Assembly: GCA_947468665.1 (NCBI GenBank) | Contig: CANILH010000005.1 | Location: 512-64,511 of the forward strand | Length of the DNA stretch: 64,000 bases | Direction: 5' to 3' | Origin: Oligoflexales bacterium | GTDB lineage: Bacteria; Bdellovibrionota_B; Oligoflexia; Oligoflexales; RGVZ01 | Shown here: in pieces, positions 10,186 through 19,124 of the stretch | Position numbering within the stretch: position 1 is the stretch's first letter | Layout: each line of letters starts with the position of its first letter | Program-made: the position numbers and the translations under genes | Notes under the pieces: model-generated | The model's database searches: none | Told to the model about the DNA's origin: nothing | The model's input: the letters and a program-made list of their open reading frames with translations, nothing else

Positions 10186-10563
10186 ATGAAAACAGCGCAT
10201 TTAAATTTTCATATCGTTGAGTCCGTCTGCCTTCAATTGCCGGACGAGGCGGCGCGCCTGTCGTTTTGGCGCGAGTCGCTTGGACTTTCACTTGAGTCCC
10301 TTGAGAAAAGTATCGTTCGCATTGAAAAGGCCCTGGCCACCAGAGACGCGCCGAAGCTCGCGCAGGTCGCGCACAAAATAAACGGCACAATTAGTTTTCT
10401 TGGCGGAAAAGAGATCAGTGAGCGGATGCTGGAGATTCAGGAAAACTGTTGGCAGGAAACCATCCTCTGGCCATTAAAAGATGAGTCTGCGATCCGCTCT
10501 GTACTGGCTGCGGTAGTCAACGAGATCAAAGAGGCCCGCGAGAAAGATCCCCTTGCCTCCTGA
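10186..10563 (+). CDS. Stand-alone Hpt (histidine phosphotransfer) protein
   Basis: AHKINGTISFLGG matches the Hpt aHxlKGss..lG motif. All-helical, 125 aa. Confidence 0.8.
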   Translation: MKTAHLNFHIVESVCLQLPDEAARLSFWRESLGLSLESLEKSIVRIEKALATRDAPKLAQVAHKINGTISFLGGKEISERMLEIQENCWQETILWPLKDESAIRSVLAAVVNEIKEAREKDPLAS

Positions 10564-10580
10564 CCTTTGACCTCAATTCA

Positions 10581-11294
10581 TTATTCAACCAGTTTTTTCT
10601 CAACAGGGCGCAATTTAAAAGGCGCATTAACGCCGCGCGCGCTCCCTTTGTTGGGGTCAGACTCAGTCACGAATAAATTATCCAATCGAGCGTGGCGAAT
10701 CACCTTTTGCAACTCACCCCGAAACGACGACATTCTGACAAAACGCTCCCTCTGGATTCCCTGTCCCGGCTCTTTGATGTCCTTACCGCCTGTGGCGTGG
10801 ATAATATCGGCTGAGTCTCGGTCATGAACCGCCTCAACAATCACGACATGGCCGCGGTAAACGAGCATGTCACCCGGGATGATATGACCCACAGTCGTCC
10901 CGACCTGTCGCAGGTGATATTTTTTTGCAAGGGCGTCAGGCGCAAGATCAAGCATCTGAGATGTCGTTATGTACGGGAAAGCAAGGCCAGCTTTAGTAAA
11001 AACCATCTGCGTAAAATGAGAGCAATCGAGGCTGCAGGAACCGCACGTGGGGCACTCCAAAAAGCGCTGTTTTGGGGCCGGGCGACGATCCTCAAGACAG
11101 CTATTGCACTGATCGCAGGTTTTCGTGTCGCCAACCTTTGCTCCGCCGTAAACGTAAGAAACCTCCAAAGTCTCCAGCATGTCATCACCAGCGGTACGGA
11201 TTTTGGCCTGAAGTGAAGACAATTCCCCGCCAAAGGCCAAACCTGGTGATAAATAAATCAATAAAAACATGATGTTAAAATATCCGCGTAGCAT
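10581..11294 (-). CDS. NlpC/P60 family peptidoglycan hydrolase with Cys-rich insert
   Basis: Signal peptide, YVYGG, LDCSHFTQMVF (catalytic Cys), PGDMLVY.GHVVIV, IIHA. Start is uncertain (11324, 11294 or 11270). Confidence 0.85.
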   Translation of the reverse strand: MLRGYFNIMFLLIYLSPGLAFGGELSSLQAKIRTAGDDMLETLEVSYVYGGAKVGDTKTCDQCNSCLEDRRPAPKQRFLECPTCGSCSLDCSHFTQMVFTKAGLAFPYITTSQMLDLAPDALAKKYHLRQVGTTVGHIIPGDMLVYRGHVVIVEAVHDRDSADIIHATGGKDIKEPGQGIQRERFVRMSSFRGELQKVIRHARLDNLFVTESDPNKGSARGVNAPFKLRPVEKKLVE

Positions 11295-11308
11295 TTTCCG
11301 TCCCCGAC

Positions 11309-11335
11309 TCAAATATATCTTCAAGCTTCCGATAT
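11309..11335 (+). promoter_or_regulatory. Putative sigma-28 promoter for the VTT-lipase gene
   Basis: TCAA-N15-TCCGATAT. Confidence 0.45.
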
Positions 11336-11340
11336 ATTAG

Positions 11341-13002
11341 ATGAAAAATAGCCAATGGACTAGACTATGCAAGAGTGGGTTCTTTGTACCTGCGGGTGCC
11401 GGCACAACCAAGGAGCACGGCTTGTCTGAGCACGATGATAAATCTCAAGCCCCGCCAAATGAGAGTGCCCAGCCCTCAGGGGACAGCTTTGTGCCAGGTA
11501 CGTCTTCGGATAGGCCTGAACCAGTACGTAGTGATTATGAGTCCAATACGGCGTTTCACAAAGCCAATTTCAAGTTTAATTACTTTCGCGCGGCCCTTGC
11601 TGTTGAGATCTCACTAATTATCGCGGCGATCGTTTTCGCATGGACCTTTTGGCATATATGGTGTCCCGATGGCCTTGAGCAGTGTATGGGCAGTTCGAAA
11701 CTCGCTCCTGCTCACTTCCTGCTGCTGTCGTTTGTCAGACCATTCCTGCTGACACCTCACGTCTTCGGCGCTTATCTGGCGGCACGAAGTTTCAGTGAGG
11801 GTGGCGCCATTTTGCTCTCGGCTCTTGCCAGCACACTCTCGACAATTCCAGTTTATGGAATCTTCTACCTGCTAGGAAAGAGTATCGTAATACCTTGGAT
11901 GAGTCGCAATCTACCCTCAACTCTCCGCCTGATCAGAACTCAGGACTACAAGTTGATTTTCGCAGCGCGACTCATTCCTCTGTTCCCGTTTGATCTGATA
12001 AGCTTCCTGGCCGGTGCGTTTAACCTGCGGCCATGGCGGGTTCTGGCGTTTACGTTTCTGGGGATTCTGCCTGAGTCGATCTTCCTGGTTTATATGTCGT
12101 CTCCCAAAGTGACTCTGCTTGGCTGGACGGTAAATGCCATCGGGTTGACCGCCTGTCTCATTTTGGGACCCTTACTCGTTTTCGAGTGGCAGAGCAGGCA
12201 ACGGGGGCGAAGCCTCTGGAACACTATGATCGCGGCTTACAAAGAAATCATGGCCGAGGCCACCATGAATAATCAAATCGTGCGCCGCAATAAAACCATC
12301 GACCCGAACAAAACCCCTGTGCTGCTTCTTTATGGTTTCTTCTCCTCTCAAAGATCCCTGAATGTCATTGAGCGTCAGCTGGTCGCCGCTGGTTTTGATG
12401 TCCTGAGCTTCAACCTGGGGGGTCTTTTTGGGACTTTTTTCACTCAAGGGGTAATGGAGTCTGCCGCTTTCATTGACTACAAGTTAAAGCGGCAGATGGA
12501 TCGTCATGGATTCAAGAAAGTTCACGTGGTCGCCCACTCAAAAGGCACCCTTGTATCGTTCTGGTGGCTCCTCAAACTGGGCGGCAGCAAATACTGCGAC
12601 AAAGTAATCGCCATGGCGCCGCCTTGCAGCGGGAGCTACTTCACCTATCTGGCTCTGGTGACACCACTGGCGTTTTTCTGGCGGGATGTATGGCAGATGC
12701 GTCCGGGCAGCAGCTTCCTGAAATATCTGAAAGACAGCGTCGTTCCACCAAATCTAAAAATTTACTGTATGTACAGCGACGCCGACATGGTAGCCCGCGG
12801 CAAACTAGGCGTATTTACTCCACGCGGGGGCAGTGAGAATGTCACGAAGATCGCCATGAATGATCTAAGTCACTTTGACTTCCTGCTAAGACGGGAACCC
12901 ATCAAAGAGGTCATAAAAATCCTGAAAGACGACGAGGAGACTAGCCGTCTTCTCGACGCTGAGGATGTAACTCCACTAAACCGCATTGGCGGAGACTATT
13001 GA
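11341..13002 (+). CDS. DedA/VTT (SNARE-associated) membrane domain fused to an alpha/beta-hydrolase (lipase/esterase)
   Basis: RLIPLFPFDLISFLAG VTT motif. The C-terminal domain has PVLLLYGF, VVAHSKG nucleophile elbow, YSDAD and SHFDFL. Start is more likely TTG 11422 after an AAGGAG SD. Confidence 0.85.
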   Translation: MKNSQWTRLCKSGFFVPAGAGTTKEHGLSEHDDKSQAPPNESAQPSGDSFVPGTSSDRPEPVRSDYESNTAFHKANFKFNYFRAALAVEISLIIAAIVFAWTFWHIWCPDGLEQCMGSSKLAPAHFLLLSFVRPFLLTPHVFGAYLAARSFSEGGAILLSALASTLSTIPVYGIFYLLGKSIVIPWMSRNLPSTLRLIRTQDYKLIFAARLIPLFPFDLISFLAGAFNLRPWRVLAFTFLGILPESIFLVYMSSPKVTLLGWTVNAIGLTACLILGPLLVFEWQSRQRGRSLWNTMIAAYKEIMAEATMNNQIVRRNKTIDPNKTPVLLLYGFFSSQRSLNVIERQLVAAGFDVLSFNLGGLFGTFFTQGVMESAAFIDYKLKRQMDRHGFKKVHVVAHSKGTLVSFWWLLKLGGSKYCDKVIAMAPPCSGSYFTYLALVTPLAFFWRDVWQMRPGSSFLKYLKDSVVPPNLKIYCMYSDADMVARGKLGVFTPRGGSENVTKIAMNDLSHFDFLLRREPIKEVIKILKDDEETSRLLDAEDVTPLNRIGGDY

Positions 13003-13005
13003 GAA

Positions 13006-14007
13006 TCAGCGCTTCGGGCGGTTGTCCGGACGATTGCCTTGCGGGCGGTTACCCTGCGGTCCTTTATCCCTGGACCTGGCGTCTCTTTGGCGCTGGTCTT
13101 TTTGCTTTTGTTCACCTTCGCCCATCAAAAGCCCCAGATCGATATCCTCGGCCCATACCTCAGCCTCGCTCTCCATACCGTCCCTCTGAGGAGCGTGGGA
13201 TCTTTCGACAACCTCTATTTCGGTCACTTTCGCCGTAAGCAGACGGCCATCCGCGGTCTCAAAAACCACCATCTGATTGAGGATATCAGTTTTAATCACG
13301 TTTCCGGAGTCACCGTCAGGCAGCATCCTGACCCGGGACTTCATTGCCGGCAACCTGCTACGCAGATCGACGTAGGCGTCATTCTCATAGGTCAGACAGC
13401 ACAGCAGACGTCCGCAACCGCCAGAGACTTTATTTGGGTTAAGGGCGAGGTTCTGATTTTTCGCCATCTTGATGGAAACAGGAACAAAGTCCCTCAAAAA
13501 ACTCGAACAGCAGTATTCACGTCCGCAGATACCAACCCCGCCGACCAGTTTGGCCTCGTCACGGGCACCTACCTGCTTCAATTCAACACGGGCGCGAAGC
13601 GCTCCGGCCATGTCTTTGACAAGATCCCTGAAATCAACGCGACCGGGGGATGAGAAATAGACAGTAATTTTGTTGCCGCCCATCTGCGACTCTATTTTCA
13701 TAATACGCATATCAAGCTTCATGCTTTCAACCCGCGAGCGGGCGATACTCATGGCTTGCTCCTCAGAAAATTGGCCGGTTTCGTCAAGATCCCGATCATT
13801 GGCCATTCTGATAACCGGCTTAAGCTCGGCAGATTCTTTCGCGCCTTCCTGCTGCATATCCATGCGCACTACGCGAGCCAGCGTCGCACCACGCTCGGTA
13901 TCAACGACGACATTATCCCCGACGCGGAGCGAGATATCGCCAGGTAAGAAGTCATAGATTTTTCCAGCGCGTCGAAACTGAACACCAACCACATTTGTAA
14001 ACGTCAT
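13006..14007 (-). CDS. ricT: PSP1 domain protein (RicT/YaaT family)
   Basis: RVDFRDLVKD, GGVGICGREYCCS, KMAKNQNLALNP..SGGCGRLLCCL. ATGA overlap with holB. Confidence 0.92.
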   Translation of the reverse strand: MTFTNVVGVQFRRAGKIYDFLPGDISLRVGDNVVVDTERGATLARVVRMDMQQEGAKESAELKPVIRMANDRDLDETGQFSEEQAMSIARSRVESMKLDMRIMKIESQMGGNKITVYFSSPGRVDFRDLVKDMAGALRARVELKQVGARDEAKLVGGVGICGREYCCSSFLRDFVPVSIKMAKNQNLALNPNKVSGGCGRLLCCLTYENDAYVDLRSRLPAMKSRVRMLPDGDSGNVIKTDILNQMVVFETADGRLLTAKVTEIEVVERSHAPQRDGMESEAEVWAEDIDLGLLMGEGEQKQKDQRQRDARSRDKGPQGNRPQGNRPDNRPKR

Positions 14008-15035
14008 AATACACCCTCTTCCCATTGACAAAGTCCAATGGACTCCGCCACCAATTGCGCGTTTAAAGTTATTTTACCAAAAACAGCGCGCCTGCGAATT
14101 TCTCTTAAAAGACGCCGCCTGTGCCGCGTCGCACGCTCACCATCTGACGATGACAAGCGATCCTCTGATTTAGATAACCGGTCCCGGTTAAGCTTTGACA
14201 ACTCCCACTCAACCGCCCCCAGAAGCTCTGGCACCCTCACCTTCTGAACCCGGGCGAGATCAGAGGCGGCCTGCAGAGCCCGCGAAGGACTGGTCGCGGT
14301 CACAAGACTATGGACACTGTCACGAAGTAAGTGACTATTTTCAGACGAGTCGGTTATTTCACGCCAGATCATTCCAGGACTAAATCCAAGCCGAGTCGCC
14401 CACATCCTGAGGTCATCGTCAGTTCCGGTTTCTTGTCCAGAGGACTCAAGAATCACGCGCATCCATTTGATCACCGTGTCGCGGGGGGGAAGCTTGACCT
14501 TCCAACGTAGGCAACGCCCCCTGACCGTCGCCGGCAGCCCAAGTGGCCTGCTCGTTGTCATAATAATTCTGGCTTGTTCAGGAGGCTCTTCAAGGGTTTT
14601 AAGCATTCTGTTAGACGCCTCAAGCGTCATCTTGTCCGCGTTCATAATAACTCCGACACGAAATCCTCCTGGACTAAGCATATCGAAAAATCCCCGCATC
14701 GTCTCTACGTCCGCGGTTTTTATTGACTCTGTACCCATATCAAGAATCATTACGTCAGGATGAGTACCTGACAGAACCTCAATACAGCTCCCGCATTGCC
14801 CGCATGCTTTTTTGATGGCAGACGCCTCGTTACAAAGCAAGCGCGCCACCATCCACGAGGCTAGATGCCGTTTTCCAAGTCCCTCGCGACCTTCCAGCAT
14901 GACAACAGGATGCATCCGGCCACTATCCATGACCTGAATAAGTTCAGATTTGGTCTGCTCAACACCCATCAATTCGCGCCAGTCGAGTCGACCGGCATCA
15001 GCGCTTTTTTTAGTTTTGGGAGTTACAGCTTCCAA
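14004..15035 (-). CDS. holB: DNA polymerase III subunit delta'
   Basis: CGQCGSC zinc motif, HPD, SNRMLKTLEEPP, TVRGRC. tmk-holB-PSP1 synteny. Confidence 0.9.
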   Translation of the reverse strand: MEAVTPKTKKSADAGRLDWRELMGVEQTKSELIQVMDSGRMHPVVMLEGREGLGKRHLASWMVARLLCNEASAIKKACGQCGSCIEVLSGTHPDVMILDMGTESIKTADVETMRGFFDMLSPGGFRVGVIMNADKMTLEASNRMLKTLEEPPEQARIIMTTSRPLGLPATVRGRCLRWKVKLPPRDTVIKWMRVILESSGQETGTDDDLRMWATRLGFSPGMIWREITDSSENSHLLRDSVHSLVTATSPSRALQAASDLARVQKVRVPELLGAVEWELSKLNRDRLSKSEDRLSSSDGERATRHRRRLLREIRRRAVFGKITLNAQLVAESIGLCQWEEGVL

Positions 15036-15670
15036 CGTCGCTCCAATTCCGCGCAGGCGTCCTGAAGGACTTTTTCCGGCGGCAGCGACGCGTCCAGAAT
15101 ATAAAACCTGGCGGGGTAAAATCCAGCCAGTTTACGAAACGCCTGACGAAGTCTATCCAATACCTGATGTCCGGCCTGATCATATCTGGCGACATCGTCA
15201 CCTTTAGGATCCGCACCGCGGGCTCCAATACGCCCAGCGGTAATAGTTACGTCGCAATCAAGTAAAAATGTCAGGTCCGGCTCTAAGCCCCCCGTCGAAA
15301 ACTTTATTAATCGCTCGACCTCATTGATCCCCACACCGCCAAAAAGGCCCTGATAGACCCGGGTAGAGTCCGCGAAACGGTCACACAAAACCCACTGTCC
15401 TGAGGTCAATGCCGGTTTTATCACTTTTGCGACGTGCTGCGCACGGGCAGCGCAAACCAGCAATGCCTCGGTTTCAGGAGTAATGTCTTCCCCGGCGGGC
15501 GGTGATTTAAAAACGCGCCGGATCTCATCTGCAATTGGAGTCCCACCCGGTTCCCTGGTCTGGAGAATCTGAACTCCACGGGTATCGAGCCATCGGACAA
15601 GCCCACTTGCGAGAGTTGATTTGCCAACCCCCTCGCCGCCTTCAAGTGTTATAAATCGTGCCTGTGTCAT
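15023..15670 (-). CDS. tmk: Thymidylate kinase
   Basis: FITLEGGEGVGKST, TREPGGT, LCDRFADSTRVYQG, PDLTFLLD. Confidence 0.97.
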   Translation of the reverse strand: MTQARFITLEGGEGVGKSTLASGLVRWLDTRGVQILQTREPGGTPIADEIRRVFKSPPAGEDITPETEALLVCAARAQHVAKVIKPALTSGQWVLCDRFADSTRVYQGLFGGVGINEVERLIKFSTGGLEPDLTFLLDCDVTITAGRIGARGADPKGDDVARYDQAGHQVLDRLRQAFRKLAGFYPARFYILDASLPPEKVLQDACAELERRWKL

Positions 15671-15870
15671 ATCTTTGCCTGTCCCATCAGGGACTTTTCA
15701 TATTGTGTAGTGTCTTATAACAACACGAAAACACCCTTGTTACAACATGAAAAACACCCCCCTTTTCTCTTTTATTTCAGGTGATTGCGCTATGTTTTAG
15801 CATTCCATTTTAGGGTGGCAGCCGCATCACTACCTTGATATTTGCCCTATAGCTCCGATAGACGAAGGCG

Positions 15871-17784
15871 GTGTCATCGAATCCAAGCGTCGAAAAACAC
15901 CGCCCTAATTGGAGAAACACCAGAGGCATGTCAGTCAAGTCATACATACTCGGTCAAGTCGTCGCCCGTGGCGGCATGGCGGAAGTCTACCGCGGACTAC
16001 AAGTGGGTCAGGATGGCTTTCGACGCCTCGTTGCCATCAAACGCATTCTGCCACACCATGCCCAAAACGCTGAATACACCGAAATGTTCAAAGATGAGGC
16101 ACACATTGGTCAAAGGCTTCAACATGCAAATATCGTAAAGGTTGAAGGCTTTGACATCATCGATGGATCAGCGTCAATCGTCATGGAGTTTGTCGATGGA
16201 TCAGACCTGAGAGCTCTACTGGCCGCTACTGAAAATAAAAAAGCACCAAGTGGTATTAAAAACTTCGTCCCCGCGGGGCTCTGCGCCTATATCACCGCCG
16301 AGGCGGCACGCGGCCTTCACTATGCGCACACAAGACGTGATGATGTCTCGGGTAAACCACTCAATATAGTCCATCGTGACATGTCGCCCCAGAATCTATT
16401 GATTTCCTGGGAGGGTGAGGTCAAGGTAACTGATTTCGGTATAGCCGCCGCCGACCGCGATTTCAAGCAAACCGAAACCAAGGCCGGTATCGTCAAGGGT
16501 AAATACTCGTATATGAGCCCCGAGCAGATCAGCGGCAAAAAATGCGACTCACGCACTGATGTGTTTGCCCTCTGCGTTGTACTTTGGGAAATGCTCGCGA
16601 TGCGCCGCCTGTTTATCTCAGACAACGAGATAGACGTGATTGAGATGGTACGCCATTGCAAGATTCCATCACGCCTTCGCGAACTGAATCCGTCTGTCAC
16701 AGAGGAGCTTGAGATGATTGTTTTGCGCGGCCTGGCCAAGGATCCGCGCAAACGTTACGAGTCCATGGATGCTCTCGAGAAAGTTCTGCGCGCTTATCTC
16801 ACCAAATCCAAAAGTACAGCCTCCGCCAGTGATCTTGCGGCGTTTGCAAAGGATATTCTCAAGGAACGACGAGAGGCCAGCCAGGAGGAGATGCGAAAAA
16901 TTCTCACGTCCGCCAACCAGCCGGCGGCCAGCCAAAAACAAACACCCCATCAATCCCTGGAACTTGCCCTCGACACGACACCAGCCAATGGGCGGTCACA
17001 CCTTGTTGTTGGTCGAAGCCGCCTCGGCGCGCCAGGGCAGCAAACACCTGATGGCACAGTTAGTCAGACTCCTCATGTGTCACAAAGATTTTCGCGTGGT
17101 CCGGCGCACAATCAAACTAGTGGACCCCGCAGGGCATCGGGATTTTCACAGCTTCACAGGCAGCCAAACCAGGCAACCAATACGCTAACCTGGTTCGCGG
17201 CTCTGCTGACACTCACTGTGATCGGCGGCGCGCTCTTCAAAAAACACAGCAATGCCGCAAAACAGGCTCTCGCGCTCACAATTCGGTCAACACCCCAACC
17301 AGTTCGGATCAAAATCAATGACCGCGACGCGGCTGGGGGGCGATTCCTGGCATCACCGGCCAAAATCCATCTCGATCCCGGACTGAACAGCGTGGAAGTG
17401 TCAAGGCCTGGCTACAAAACAGAAAAGCAATTAATTAATACAGAAGAAGGAATGCCCAAAACCCCTCCGTCATTCAGGCTCAAACCTAGCGCGCAGTTCG
17501 CGCCGGTGAGAGTTGAGTATCGCGGACAGGAGCCGGCCACTATTTCTATTAATGAAGGGTTCATCAGGCAGGCAGTCACGCCCCAACAGCCGATTTTCCA
17601 GATTCCAGATATGACGAGCGGCGTACCCGCCGACCTCATAGTCATCAACTCTGAACGTACAATACTGTTTCGCTGCGGCTTTACTCCGGCTAACTCCACT
17701 GAAAAACGCCCCGTAATCGTTATCGTCGACGCGAAATCCGGAAAATGCGTTGTCTCAGGAACATCCGCGAAAGGAGACCGATGA
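15871..17784 (+). CDS. Hanks-type Ser/Thr protein kinase with TM and extracytoplasmic PEGA-like domain
   Basis: GGMAEVY, VAIK, HRDMSPQN, DFGIA, GKYSYMSPEQ, TM ~aa 441-457, STPQPVRIKIN PEGA-like. Alternative start 15928. Confidence 0.93.
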   Translation: MSSNPSVEKHRPNWRNTRGMSVKSYILGQVVARGGMAEVYRGLQVGQDGFRRLVAIKRILPHHAQNAEYTEMFKDEAHIGQRLQHANIVKVEGFDIIDGSASIVMEFVDGSDLRALLAATENKKAPSGIKNFVPAGLCAYITAEAARGLHYAHTRRDDVSGKPLNIVHRDMSPQNLLISWEGEVKVTDFGIAAADRDFKQTETKAGIVKGKYSYMSPEQISGKKCDSRTDVFALCVVLWEMLAMRRLFISDNEIDVIEMVRHCKIPSRLRELNPSVTEELEMIVLRGLAKDPRKRYESMDALEKVLRAYLTKSKSTASASDLAAFAKDILKERREASQEEMRKILTSANQPAASQKQTPHQSLELALDTTPANGRSHLVVGRSRLGAPGQQTPDGTVSQTPHVSQRFSRGPAHNQTSGPRRASGFSQLHRQPNQATNTLTWFAALLTLTVIGGALFKKHSNAAKQALALTIRSTPQPVRIKINDRDAAGGRFLASPAKIHLDPGLNSVEVSRPGYKTEKQLINTEEGMPKTPPSFRLKPSAQFAPVRVEYRGQEPATISINEGFIRQAVTPQQPIFQIPDMTSGVPADLIVINSERTILFRCGFTPANSTEKRPVIVIVDAKSGKCVVSGTSAKGDR

Positions 17785-18422
17785 TGTCTCCTGCTAACAG
17801 AAACCTGCTGCTGCTGATTTTGAACGCGACCGTATGGAGCCTCAACGCGCTGACCTATAAAGGCAACATCCGACTCAACGCGAGGTCTGGCGTTCCGGTG
17901 ACCATTGATATGGAGCCCGGGCGCGCGCGCCTGACTGTCGATGGAAAGGTGTGGGAGAACTTCGGCATCACCGATGGCTGGATACAGTCTCCGGCTATCG
18001 TCAGGCTTCCTGCGGGTCAACACAAAATGCTGCTTGAGCGCACTGGTTATGCGCCCCATTCATTCAAGGTCCTCGTTTCAGAGGGAGATCATTTGCAACT
18101 CAAAATGGCCATGGAGGCCCTGGAAGGTTCTAACCACGGCGCGGAGATTATCGGCGAAGGTCCAGACAGCGATTCCATCATCGCCAAACTTGACGATGGC
18201 ATGGAGGAGGGTCTACTTCCCATCAGAGCCGATGATCTCACCGCGGGTCATCACTCGCTTGCGCTAAAAATCAGAGGCCTTGAGGGACTCCGGGCAAAGC
18301 CTTACACATGCGTCTTTGACATAACCCAGACCGACATCAGCGTGATCACTAAAATAACGGTCAACAAAACCGGCAAAAAACTAAAAGTCACAGGCTGTAA
18401 ACGCCTCAAAGAAGTCCATTAG
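17781..18422 (+). CDS. PEGA domain-containing exported protein
   Basis: ATGA overlap with the kinase stop. N-terminal hydrophobic stretch, EPGRARLTVDG...LPAGQHKMLLERTGY PEGA pattern. Confidence 0.75.
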   Translation: MMSPANRNLLLLILNATVWSLNALTYKGNIRLNARSGVPVTIDMEPGRARLTVDGKVWENFGITDGWIQSPAIVRLPAGQHKMLLERTGYAPHSFKVLVSEGDHLQLKMAMEALEGSNHGAEIIGEGPDSDSIIAKLDDGMEEGLLPIRADDLTAGHHSLALKIRGLEGLRAKPYTCVFDITQTDISVITKITVNKTGKKLKVTGCKRLKEVH

Positions 18423-18431
18423 ATTCCCGTG

Positions 18432-19124
18432 CTACTCACCGTGAACGTCACCAGAAACGCCTGCCCTGAGAGCCCGCGCCCCAGCTGGAACACCAAGAAA
18501 TCGAGTCGTCGCCAGCCACGCCCCACGAACCTGATCCCAAACCGCGGATAAGCTTGACGACTCCCCTTCAAGAATGCTCGCGTCGGATTTAAGCGCCATC
18601 CGATCCCAGTCGAGAAACGCAAGCCCCTGACGCACATCACCCCGACCACCGTAGGATCGCAGAATCGGGCTGTGCTTATGGAGATTCTCAACAAATGAAA
18701 GCCAGTCCCGGCGTTTCTCCAGAACATCCGTCTCCGAGAGGTTATCGGCCGTTACAACTGTGATCATATCCCGGGCTTTCCCCCGCCACACGTCTCGTTC
18801 GATTGCCTGCAACGAGCGTTCATCCATATCAAAGCTCAAAAAGTCATCTATTGAGACTCTCCGCACTAGAATACCGGACCTCGACAAGACCTTAGCGAGG
18901 AAGCTGAAAATTGTGTCGTCATCAGACACAAGTAATAATATTGTGCCAAACTTTTGGACTTCAAAGTCCACGGTCTCATCACCCATGAAATCCCACATGA
19001 TCGTCGGAACTTCGGCGTTTTTCAAAGAGTCAAAAATATCGTTAACCTTCATAGCGGCATTATCGATCACTTCGCGACCACTTCGCTGCCATGTCTGCTG
19101 ACCAGAATTAGCCTGCTCATTCAT
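18432..19124 (-). CDS. Hypothetical protein translationally coupled to SulP (possible degenerate receiver-like fold)
   Basis: ATGA overlap with the SulP stop. TILLLVSDDD...LAKVLSRSG resembles a receiver N-terminus. Confidence 0.6.
   Translation of the reverse strand: MNEQANSGQQTWQRSGREVIDNAAMKVNDIFDSLKNAEVPTIMWDFMGDETVDFEVQKFGTILLLVSDDDTIFSFLAKVLSRSGILVRRVSIDDFLSFDMDERSLQAIERDVWRGKARDMITVVTADNLSETDVLEKRRDWLSFVENLHKHSPILRSYGGRGDVRQGLAFLDWDRMALKSDASILEGESSSLSAVWDQVRGAWLATTRFLGVPAGARALRAGVSGDVHGE

Noticed and set aside
15837-15865. Sigma-28 promoter for the Ser/Thr kinase
   Set aside because: A TCCGATAG -10 is present but the -35 at 15-nt spacing (TTGA) is a poor match.
18432-19124. Beta-carbonic anhydrase next to SulP
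   Set aside because: There are no CxDxR or HxxC motifs, and the protein has no Cys.
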